Notes under the pieces: model-generated | Databases searched by the model: none | What the model was told of the DNA's origin: nothing | Seen by the model: the letters and a program-made list of their open reading frames with translations, nothing else | NCBI GenBank assembly: GCA_903907835.1 | Contig: CAIVPQ010000033.1 | Span: forward strand, 1-40,573 | Length of the DNA: 40,573 nt | DNA from: an uncultured Actinomycetes bacterium | Lineage (GTDB): Bacteria; Actinomycetota; Actinomycetes; S36-B12; UBA5976 | Direction of reading: 5' to 3' | Made by a program: the position numbers and the translations under genes | Shown here: positions 29,319 to 37,310 of the stretch, in pieces | Layout of the letters: every line of letters begins with the position of its first letter | How positions within the stretch are numbered: the stretch's first letter is position 1

Positions 29319-30284
29319 ATGAATGTGCCACTGCAACATATTCGAGCTAGGCGAACAGTTTTAGCTGTGCCTGGCTGCAGTATTCGCATGTTGGAAAAGT
29401 CCAAATCCTTGGATTCTGACCAAGTTTTCCTTGATCTTGAGGATTCTGTGGCGCCTTTAGCCAAAACAGCGGCTCGCGAAAATGTTGTCAAAGCATTAAA
29501 TGAAGGCGGCTACGGCTCTCGCATTCGCAGTGTGCGAATTAATGGCACGGGAACTCAATGGTGTGATGAAGACATTGAAACTATACTGGCTGGTGCGGGA
29601 CACAATCTTGACTCAATAATTTTGCCTAAAGTTCAATCGGTAGAAGATGTTTTCTGGCTTGTGCACCGTTTAGCGCAATGGGAATCAAGCCAAAATATTG
29701 AACTTGGCCAAGTCAGCATCGAAGTACAGATTGAAGATGCGCTCGGGCTAATCAATGTAGAGGTAATTGCGGCAAGTTCAAATCGAATCCAAACAATAAT
29801 TTTCGGTCCAGCCGACTTTATGGCAAGCATAAATATGCGGAGCCTAAATGTTGGGGCCCAGCCATCGGGTTACACCGAAGGAGATGCCTACCACTACGCC
29901 TTGATGAAGTTGCTTGTTGCTGGACGGGCATTTGGCAAACAAGTGATAGATGGACCGTACCTAGAAATCAAAGATTTAGAAGGACTAGCGCTAAGTTCAA
30001 ATCGTTCGGCTGCTTTAGGTTTTGACGGCAAATGGGTTTTACATCCGGATCAAATTGAGTTGGTCAATGAAATATTCTCGCCAACTCAAGAAGAATTTGA
30101 ACAAGCCGAATTAATTCTTCAGGCTTACGAATATCACACCTCGCAAATAGGCGGTCAACTCGGTGCAGTGATGCTGGGATCACAGATGATTGATGAAGCA
30201 TCTCGAAAGATGGCTCTAGTAGTGAGCGCTAAAGGTCGCGCAGCGGGATTGGTTTCCGGCCAGCAATTTGAGGTTGGTAAATAA
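29319..30284 (+). CDS. CitE/HpcH-family CoA-ester lyase (citrate lyase beta / malyl-CoA lyase-like)
   Basis: R-VLAVPG, FLDLEDSVAP, VRING, LPKV, QIE, FGPADF, IDGPY, GFDGKWVLHP-Q, MIDEA; GAAAGGGA SD. Confidence 0.92.
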   Translation: MNVPLQHIRARRTVLAVPGCSIRMLEKSKSLDSDQVFLDLEDSVAPLAKTAARENVVKALNEGGYGSRIRSVRINGTGTQWCDEDIETILAGAGHNLDSIILPKVQSVEDVFWLVHRLAQWESSQNIELGQVSIEVQIEDALGLINVEVIAASSNRIQTIIFGPADFMASINMRSLNVGAQPSGYTEGDAYHYALMKLLVAGRAFGKQVIDGPYLEIKDLEGLALSSNRSAALGFDGKWVLHPDQIELVNEIFSPTQEEFEQAELILQAYEYHTSQIGGQLGAVMLGSQMIDEASRKMALVVSAKGRAAGLVSGQQFEVGK

Positions 30285-30973
30285 TGGTTGGACCTGGCAC
30301 TTTTTTGGCACGCATGTCGCGAATGGTTTCGAGAATTTCAATTTCCGGTCACAGCAATTTGGACGTTCTTGATCAGCCAGGTCCAGCGCTAATCGTGGTT
30401 AACCACACCACAGTCGTGGATGTAATTGTTGTTATCGGTACTCTGCATCGACTTGGATTTACCACCGATGGTCCTTGTGTTGGCACCTGCACACATCGTC
30501 GCCACATTAGACCTGTTGGCACATCGGACATGTGGGACTTCCCAGTAGCTAAGCAGGTGTGTACGGGAAGCGGAATCATCCCAACGGATCAACATGATGG
30601 ACGAGCTGCTTATCGCGCAGCCCTAGCGGCACTTCGCAACAATGAAGTTGTTCTCATTTACCCTGAAGGTGACGTCAAGATAAATGACGAAGCTTCACCT
30701 CGTTCTTGGCGACCTGGAGCATCAGGCCTAGCGAAAGCGGCCAAGATGCCTGTCGTGCCAATCGTTCATCATGACACCCGCAAACTCGGCAATGGCACAG
30801 TAAAGCGCAGCATCCTGATGGCATTTGCGAGCGTTTTTCGTCGACCGAAAATCAAACTACATATCGGCACAGCGGTTCATACCCGAGATTTGGATCATTT
30901 AACCGTGAGCGAAGTAACTGTTCGACTAGAAGAAACGCTCTTTGATACTTGGACTCAACTAACAAGCACCTAG
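30284..30973 (+). CDS. Lysophospholipid acyltransferase family protein (PlsC-like)
   Basis: NHTTVVD (HX4D), IYPEG, PVVP; TAATG overlap with lyase gene. Confidence 0.85.
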   Translation: MVGPGTFLARMSRMVSRISISGHSNLDVLDQPGPALIVVNHTTVVDVIVVIGTLHRLGFTTDGPCVGTCTHRRHIRPVGTSDMWDFPVAKQVCTGSGIIPTDQHDGRAAYRAALAALRNNEVVLIYPEGDVKINDEASPRSWRPGASGLAKAAKMPVVPIVHHDTRKLGNGTVKRSILMAFASVFRRPKIKLHIGTAVHTRDLDHLTVSEVTVRLEETLFDTWTQLTST

Positions 30974-31006
30974 TTCGTGTTGGAATGGCTGAACCAGTCC
31001 ACCAAA

Positions 31007-32497
31007 TTAGCTCTCGTTCTGAGCACTTCGTGAGCGAGTTCGATTGCGAGGTGCGCGTGGCTCTGTGCGTGGCTCTTTTTTAGCAGTTTCACCCTGAGTT
31101 GCACGTGGTGCATCTGATTTTTCCCCACGCCCACCTTGGCGTGAACCAGAGCCACTTGGACGAGAGCTGCCTTGGCGTGAACCAGACTTTTGCGAGGTTT
31201 GCGAGCGACGACCCTTATTAGCGCCAGTTTCACCTAGGTCTTCGATATTCTCGCCACCTAGACCTTCGCGTGTTTGTTGAGCATGTGGCAGTGCGCCAGT
31301 AACTTCTTTTGAAATGCCAAGCCCGGTGTAGACATGGTCACTTGAAGAATAAGTTTCGATTGGGTCATTGAAAGCCAAGCCCAATGCGCGGTTAATCATT
31401 TGCCAACGTGCCATGTCTGGCCAATCAACCAAGGTGATCGCTACGCCCGAGTTACCAGCACGGCCAGTACGACCAACGCGGTGGACATAAGTCTTTTCAT
31501 CATCAGGACATTCGTAGTTGATGACGTGCGTTACATCTGCCACGTCAATTCCACGGGCTGCCACATCAGTGGCCACCAAAACATCAATTTTCCCAGAACG
31601 GAATGCCCGCAGTGCTTGCTCGCGCGCGCCTTGACCTAAGTCGCCATGAACTGGGGCAGCGGCAAAACCACGTGCGATTAAATCATCAGCAAGTTTGCTT
31701 GCCGCGCGTTTGGTGCGACAAAACACCATAGTTAGTCCGCGACCTTCGGCTTGCAGTACACGAGCCACTAGTTCTGGCTTGTCCATAGTGTGTGCTCGCC
31801 AAACATGCTGTTCGATTGCATCAACAATTGAGGTGTCATTTAACGGATCTGCTGCACGGATGTGGGTTGGCTGAGTCATGTAGCGACGAGCCAAAGCCAC
31901 AATCTGGCCAGGCATAGTTGCCGAGAACAACATGGTCTGGCGACTTGCCGGAGTACTGGCAACGAGTGTTTCAACATCAGGCAAGAAACCCATGTCCAAC
32001 ATTTCGTCTGCTTCATCCATGACGAGAACTTTCACAGAACTGAGGTCTAGGAATTTTTGTTTCATCAAATCAATTAGTCGACCTGGAGTTCCAACGACAA
32101 CTTCAATCCCATTTTTTAGGGCATCAACTTGTGGTTCGTAAGATTTGCCACCGTACAGACTTAATACTCGAGCACCGATATTCTTGCTAGCCTTTTCTAA
32201 ATCGCTAGCAACTTGGATTGCAAGTTCGCGAGTTGGGACAACAACGAGGGCTTGTGGTTTTCCTGCATTCTTAAATTCTGACCATTCAGCGCTTTGCGGG
32301 GTGACAAGTTGAGTCAATAACGGAATACCAAAACCCAGAGTCTTACCAGTACCAGTTTTTGCTTGGCCAATTAGGTCTTGGCCGCCCATTGCAATTCCTA
32401 AAGTCATCTCTTGAATGGGGAAGGCATCGATGATGCCGTTATCTGCCAAGGCAGAACAGATTGCTTGTGGAACGCCGAGTTCGGCAAACGTAGTGAT
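31007..32497 (-). CDS. DEAD-box ATP-dependent RNA helicase (RhlE/Rv3211-like)
   Basis: Q-motif FPIQ, AKTGTGKT, PTRELA, TPGR, DEAD, SAT, HRVGRTGR; Arg/Ser/Gly-rich tail; start given as ATC 32497 (inferred; ORF track ATG is at 32533). Confidence 0.94.
   Translation of the reverse strand: MTTFAELGVPQAICSALADNGIIDAFPIQEMTLGIAMGGQDLIGQAKTGTGKTLGFGIPLLTQLVTPQSAEWSEFKNAGKPQALVVVPTRELAIQVASDLEKASKNIGARVLSLYGGKSYEPQVDALKNGIEVVVGTPGRLIDLMKQKFLDLSSVKVLVMDEADEMLDMGFLPDVETLVASTPASRQTMLFSATMPGQIVALARRYMTQPTHIRAADPLNDTSIVDAIEQHVWRAHTMDKPELVARVLQAEGRGLTMVFCRTKRAASKLADDLIARGFAAAPVHGDLGQGAREQALRAFRSGKIDVLVATDVAARGIDVADVTHVINYECPDDEKTYVHRVGRTGRAGNSGVAITLVDWPDMARWQMINRALGLAFNDPIETYSSSDHVYTGLGISKEVTGALPHAQQTREGLGGENIEDLGETGANKGRRSQTSQKSGSRQGSSRPSGSGSRQGGRGEKSDAPRATQGETAKKEPRTEPRAPRNRTRSRSAQNES
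31134..31186. repeat. 17-bp direct repeat CCTTGGCGTGAACCAGA x2 (36-bp period) inside helicase tail
   Basis: Copies at 31134-31150 and 31170-31186, encoding SGSRQG twice on the minus strand. Confidence 0.85.
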
Positions 32498-32584
32498 AAG
32501 AACTCCTGAAAATAAACCGGCAAACACGCACATTTTGGTGGCCGACTTCCATCGTACCCGCTTTATCGCCTAGCCTTAGGCTTC

Positions 32585-33226
32585 GTGACTAGTCTTGCAG
32601 TTGTTGATTTGCTCGGAGCCCTTGCTTATGGCGAGCTCGTATCCTTTGAACGCATCGCCAGCGATGCCCGTTTAGCCCCGGAATTGGAGGACAATATCGT
32701 ATTAGCGGGTATTGCCGCCACCGAATATTCCCACTTTGTTCAAGTCTGCGACCGTCTAACCCAACTTGGCTTTGATCCAAATCAAGCGATGGAACCTTTC
32801 GTCGCGCCCCTAAATCAGTTCCATGCCAACATGTCGACTGATAGTTGGCTTGAACGAGTACTGATGGTCTATGTGGCTGATGGCATTGCGGCAGATTTTT
32901 ACCGCGAGATGTCCACACATTTAGATGAGCAAACGGCTTCGCTGGTCCTGCACGTATTAGCTGATGCTGGTCAAACTGAATTCGCTGTGAGCCGTATTAG
33001 AGACGCTATTGCTCATGACCCTAAAGTGGCCGGTCGTCTTGCGCTTTGGGGCCGTCGTTTGATGGGTGAAATGATCAGCCAAGCAACGGTAGTAGCCTCA
33101 GCGCGCCCAGAACTACAGAAACTGTTTTTTCAAGTAGCAGGTAGCGCTGATGAAATTACCGCTTTTGTGAATCGTCTTACTGTTGGCCATGCTCGCCGAA
33201 TGGATGTACTCGGCCTGGCATCCTGA
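32585..33226 (+). CDS. Ferritin-like fold protein (MiaE-like, Rv3210c-type)
   Basis: LG-LAYGEL--F-R-A-DA--AP, E--HF, AM-PF, DFYRE, LALWGRRL-GE, H-RRM--LGL; divergent from DEAD helicase. Confidence 0.88.
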   Translation: MTSLAVVDLLGALAYGELVSFERIASDARLAPELEDNIVLAGIAATEYSHFVQVCDRLTQLGFDPNQAMEPFVAPLNQFHANMSTDSWLERVLMVYVADGIAADFYREMSTHLDEQTASLVLHVLADAGQTEFAVSRIRDAIAHDPKVAGRLALWGRRLMGEMISQATVVASARPELQKLFFQVAGSADEITAFVNRLTVGHARRMDVLGLAS

Positions 33227-33231
33227 TTCGC

Positions 33232-33456
33232 TTATGCCGAGGCAAAACCCACGCGACCGGAAGTTGGCGATCCAATTTCGACGAATGCAATCACACCACC
33301 AGGAACTAACACTGTGCGACCTTTGTCGTCGGTGAGATTTAGTAAAGAAGAGTTGGCAATGGCTGCTTCGACCAATTTCAAAACCTCTTTGTGAGATTCG
33401 TTAGTTTCCAACGCAACATCGCGATTTGAATCTTTGATACCAATTCTAATTTCCAC
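33232..33456 (-). CDS. DUF3107 family protein
   Basis: MEIRIG, L-LTDDKGR-VLVP, AFVEIG, RVGF signature; GGAG SD. Confidence 0.92.
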   Translation of the reverse strand: MEIRIGIKDSNRDVALETNESHKEVLKLVEAAIANSSLLNLTDDKGRTVLVPGGVIAFVEIGSPTSGRVGFASA

Positions 33457-33537
33457 GATTTACTCCACTCGTTTACTTTCCCGTGCCTCTAACTTTATGC
33501 CCAAAAGTGCAACTTTGTTGGCCAAAGCGACCCCGCA

Positions 33538-33564
33538 GGAACAAAAAACAAGTAAACAAGGTTG
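33538..33564 (+). promoter_or_regulatory. SigR/SigH-type ECF sigma promoter for moeZ
   Basis: GGAAC (33538-33542), 18 nt, GTTG (33561-33564), 30 nt upstream of the ATG. Confidence 0.7.
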
Positions 33565-33594
33565 GATAGTGGGTAGAAGAACTTAGGAGTTTTT

Positions 33595-34785
33595 ATGTCG
33601 CTGCCACCTTTGGTAGAACCTGCTTCAGAACTAACCGTGGATGAAGTGCGTCGTTACAGTCGCCACTTGATTATTCCTGAGGTTGGTATGGCCGGGCAGA
33701 AGCGCCTGAAAAATGCTCGCGTCCTTTGTGTCGGAGCAGGTGGGTTAGGTAGCCCCGCGCTTATGTACTTAGCTGCAGCAGGTGTTGGCACTTTGGGCAT
33801 CTTAGAATTCGACACAGTTGATGAATCGAATTTGCAACGCCAAATTATTCATGGTCAAAGCGATGTTGGCCGATCAAAAGCACAGAGCGCAGCCGAAAGT
33901 GTTCGCGAAATAAATCCTTACGTAAAAATCAATTTGCATGAAGAGCGACTTGATTCAAGCAACGTGATGGAACTTTTCTCCCAGTACGACTTAATCGTCG
34001 ATGGGACTGACAACTTTGCGACACGCTATTTGGTAAACGATGCCTGTGTCTTGCTAAATAAGCCATACATTTGGGGTTCGATTTATCGATTTGATGGTCA
34101 GGCCAGTGTGTTCTGGTCTGAATTCGGGCCTTGCTATCGCTGCCTATACCCAGAGCCACCTCCGCCCGGAATGGTTCCTTCTTGTTCAGAAGGTGGCGTG
34201 CTAGGCGTGCTTTGCGCGTCAATCGGGTCTATTCAAGTAACGGAAGCAATCAAGGTCCTAACTGGAATCGGCGATCCACTTGTTGGATCTCTTATCGTTT
34301 ATGACGCACTTGAAATGACTTACCGCAAGATTAAAATGCGCAAGGATCCAAACTGCGCAATCTGTGGCGCCAATCCAACAGTCACCGAATTGATTGATTA
34401 CGAAGCATTCTGTGGCGCTGTCTCGGATGCCGCCGTTGAGGCAATTGTTGATTCCACAATCAATGTGAGACAACTCAATGAGATGTTGCAGGCTCGTGAG
34501 CGTGGCGAAAAAGATTTCGTTCTTATTGATGTGCGTGAACCAGGTGAATATGAAATTGTAAATATCCCTGGCGCGATCTTGATTCCAAAAAATGAATTCT
34601 TGATGGGCGATGCTTTAACGAAACTTCCGCAGGACAAGCAAGTTGTATTGCATTGTAAATCAGGTGTTCGTTCAGCTGAAGTTCTAGCAGTAGTTAAAAA
34701 TGCTGGCTTCAAAGATGCAATTCATGTTGGCGGCGGAGTCCTAGCGTGGGTCAGTCAGATTGAACCAGAGAAGCCTTCTTACTAA
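33595..34785 (+). CDS. moeZ: Adenylyltransferase/sulfurtransferase MoeZ (MoeB + rhodanese)
   Basis: RYSRHL, GAGGLG, SNLQRQ, DGTDNF, CYRC, CAIC, rhodanese DVREP-E and HCKSGVRS; AGGAG SD. Confidence 0.95.
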   Translation: MSLPPLVEPASELTVDEVRRYSRHLIIPEVGMAGQKRLKNARVLCVGAGGLGSPALMYLAAAGVGTLGILEFDTVDESNLQRQIIHGQSDVGRSKAQSAAESVREINPYVKINLHEERLDSSNVMELFSQYDLIVDGTDNFATRYLVNDACVLLNKPYIWGSIYRFDGQASVFWSEFGPCYRCLYPEPPPPGMVPSCSEGGVLGVLCASIGSIQVTEAIKVLTGIGDPLVGSLIVYDALEMTYRKIKMRKDPNCAICGANPTVTELIDYEAFCGAVSDAAVEAIVDSTINVRQLNEMLQARERGEKDFVLIDVREPGEYEIVNIPGAILIPKNEFLMGDALTKLPQDKQVVLHCKSGVRSAEVLAVVKNAGFKDAIHVGGGVLAWVSQIEPEKPSY

Positions 34786-37163
34786 AGATCGCCCGATTTT
34801 TGGAGACGTTGGAAGGCAAACCAACCTGGAATTGTTGGAATCCAAAAAGTCCAGAGCCTAAAGACAAGAGTTGCAGATACTGCAACACCTGCATCTATTC
34901 CACTGGCAGTTAGCCCGGCCGCGATAGCGGCTTCCACTGCGCCAAGTCCACCCGGTGTTGGCGCCGCTTGACCGAGCACCGCACCAGCCAAGTAAACAAG
35001 CGAGATGGCCGCAATAGAACCTTCAGTCGTGAACGCTCGCACTGATGCAACTAAACAAGCGCAGTAGGCAAGATTGAGCAAAAGCACGCCCGCGATACCA
35101 GTTGCTAATTTTCCAGGATTGTTTGCCAGCGAGGTAATCCTGGGAACAACTTGACCAATAAAGGGTTGCACGCGCTCGGTAACCAGTGTTCGAATCTTTG
35201 GAATTGTCGAAAGTGCTGAGGCGATAAGGGCAATCGAGATGGCAACTAAAATTGCGGTGCGAGATGGTTTGAAAGTGAAATCTTTTGAAGTGCCGGCAGC
35301 GATAATCATGATCAGTAGCAAAATTAAGTGACTTAAGAATGCAAGAACTTGAGCCACTGCAACACTGGCACCCGCAAGAGCGCTAGGTAAGCGCTGTTTG
35401 TTTAGGTAACGAACGTTGATTGCAACCGATCCCAGTGTTGGGGGAGCAACAAGTGTCGCGAATGAAGCAGCGAGTTGCGTTTGAAGAGTTTTCCAGAAAG
35501 ATAATCGCTCAGGAACAACGCCAATTAAAGTCATACTGGCCGCGAAATAAGTCATGCAGGAGAAACCAAAACCAACCAGCATCCATATTGGATTTGTTTC
35601 ACGAACTAATTTAGGTAAATTCACTTGACCAAGTTGGGTTAACAGGATGTACCCAGCAATAGTTCCGGCCGCAATAGTTAACAGCGTGCGAGGTTTGATG
35701 CGCTCAATTTCGATTGCCTCGGTTGTTGCGCCAGCAGGTAGTAGTTCAAGGAGTCTGGCTCGCAAGTTGCTCAGCAGATCTTTGTTTTCTTTCACCTGCT
35801 TGCGGGTCCTAAATGAAAGCGCAACTGGTTGAAGCGCGGGTAAGGCTCTGGCCAGGCCCGCGTCGCCAAGGATGGCTCGACCAGCAGCGATGGCGCGGCT
35901 TGGATCAGCTAACAACGACAAGGTCACCAATGCTTCGGCTAAATCAATTCTTAGCAAAACATCTGAAGCTGCGATTGCCGCATCTTCAAGTCCGACTATG
36001 TAAACCCGACCATCTGCGCCCAGTAAAAAGTTCTCGCTAGAAAGCGCTCGATGAGCGATTCGGGCGGCTTGAAGGTCGCGCACAATTTCCCAGCAGCCAG
36101 CAAGTTCGGCATCGCCGAGGGCATGTTCGATGGTGTCAAATTGCTTGCCCTGCACGTATTCGTAGGCTAAGACAGCAGCATCAGGTCCAACTTCGGCCAC
36201 TGAAAGTAAGTGTGGAGTCGAGATGCCAGCACTTGAAATTGCCCAACTGTTCAGCGTCATTCTTTCTAGGCGTGCGCGCATCGAAGTGCCAGTGCCACCG
36301 GGATCATCGCGTAGGCGCAGTGAGCGGTAAAGACCAGCGCCTAGACCAGCACCTTCAAGGTCGCGGTCAAGGACAATAAGTTCGAGTCTTTGCCCATCGA
36401 TTGTCGTGGCATCGTAACGACGACCTGATTGGATGACTTCACTTGCGCGCAATATCTTTAACGGATGACCAAGGCCGCCCAGTGTGCGCGCAATATCTCG
36501 CCCAGCTGGTCGGGTGGTATCTGTGCCAAGTAAATAGCGAATGAGTAATCCCACTGACCAGCCGGATAGCAAAGAAACGGCAAGTCCGGCGGCCGTTATA
36601 CCGCCGCTGATAACACTTGCTAACGCGATAGAGCTCAGTACCACTGTTGATAAAACATTCCATCGATTCCGAGACATCATGCGAGACACGGTTATGAAGG
36701 AACTGAATCCACCTAACAAAACATTGAAAGGGTTTGCTTTGTCGAGATTCGTTGTACCTGAAAATGAAACTAGTAGGCGGTTTGATCCAAAACGCAGCAA
36801 CAACCAGGAGGCCAATGTGAGAACCAATGCGGTTAGGAGCAGTCCACCAAATGCTTCAACAAGTTGGCGTGCCCGCCTGCGGACCAGAAGGTCAATTGAC
36901 GCTAATCCAGGAAATACTAGAACGCTAAAACCGCTAACTAGGTTCGCTATAAATATGAGTGCTGCAGGTAGCCGATTAGCGCCAATAGCTATGTCTTGAT
37001 CAATTCCACTCGTTGTTTGGTGGGCGACATATGCCAGTAACCCAACACCAATGATTGAAAGCAAAGCAAAGGCTGCACGAGCAAGATCTGCTGGTCGCCG
37101 CAATCGGCGATTTAGGACGGAGTCTTCAACTACTAGGGGCACGGCAATTTGCGAATCGTTCAC
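34782..37163 (-). CDS. Large membrane protein: N-terminal TMs, kinase-like middle domain, C-terminal lysylphosphatidylglycerol-synthase (flippase-like/YbhN) TM domain
   Basis: AHRALSSEN...DLAEAL kinase-like segment, ALP-LQP-AL, PTPGGLGAVEA and FRLWTFWIP motifs; start moved to GTG 37163 behind GGGGA. Confidence 0.85.
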   Translation of the reverse strand: MNDSQIAVPLVVEDSVLNRRLRRPADLARAAFALLSIIGVGLLAYVAHQTTSGIDQDIAIGANRLPAALIFIANLVSGFSVLVFPGLASIDLLVRRRARQLVEAFGGLLLTALVLTLASWLLLRFGSNRLLVSFSGTTNLDKANPFNVLLGGFSSFITVSRMMSRNRWNVLSTVVLSSIALASVISGGITAAGLAVSLLSGWSVGLLIRYLLGTDTTRPAGRDIARTLGGLGHPLKILRASEVIQSGRRYDATTIDGQRLELIVLDRDLEGAGLGAGLYRSLRLRDDPGGTGTSMRARLERMTLNSWAISSAGISTPHLLSVAEVGPDAAVLAYEYVQGKQFDTIEHALGDAELAGCWEIVRDLQAARIAHRALSSENFLLGADGRVYIVGLEDAAIAASDVLLRIDLAEALVTLSLLADPSRAIAAGRAILGDAGLARALPALQPVALSFRTRKQVKENKDLLSNLRARLLELLPAGATTEAIEIERIKPRTLLTIAAGTIAGYILLTQLGQVNLPKLVRETNPIWMLVGFGFSCMTYFAASMTLIGVVPERLSFWKTLQTQLAASFATLVAPPTLGSVAINVRYLNKQRLPSALAGASVAVAQVLAFLSHLILLLIMIIAAGTSKDFTFKPSRTAILVAISIALIASALSTIPKIRTLVTERVQPFIGQVVPRITSLANNPGKLATGIAGVLLLNLAYCACLVASVRAFTTEGSIAAISLVYLAGAVLGQAAPTPGGLGAVEAAIAAGLTASGIDAGVAVSATLVFRLWTFWIPTIPGWFAFQRLQKSGDL

Positions 37164-37280
37164 CGATACATCCCCGCCTAAGCCAGCCAAAGTCTTAACT
37201 ATGACAATCTTGCCGTTTTTAGCCCCACAATGCGAAACGATTGCGTTGTTTAATCGCTTTTGCGCATGTTTGTCGATATT

Positions 37281-37302
37281 TGTCACAGGCGCATGGTGGA
37301 AT
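37281..37302 (+). promoter_or_regulatory. PafBC/RecA-NDp-like DNA-damage promoter for adnAB
   Basis: TGTCAC-N10-TGGAAT, 8 nt before ATG 37311; compare consensus TGTCGG-N10-TANNNT. Confidence 0.45.
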
Positions 37303-37310
37303 TGTTCCCA

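Noticed and set aside
36541-36999. 152-aa antisense ORF (and similar 60-140 aa shadow ORFs throughout the window)
   Set aside because: Entirely opposite well-supported genes; composition mirrors the hydrophobic sense-strand codons; no independent signals
37164-37310. Head-to-head overlap of the membrane protein and adnA ORFs (37260-37286)
   Set aside because: Artefact of longest-ORF calling; better-supported starts at 37163 (minus) and 37311 (plus) leave a normal divergent promoter region
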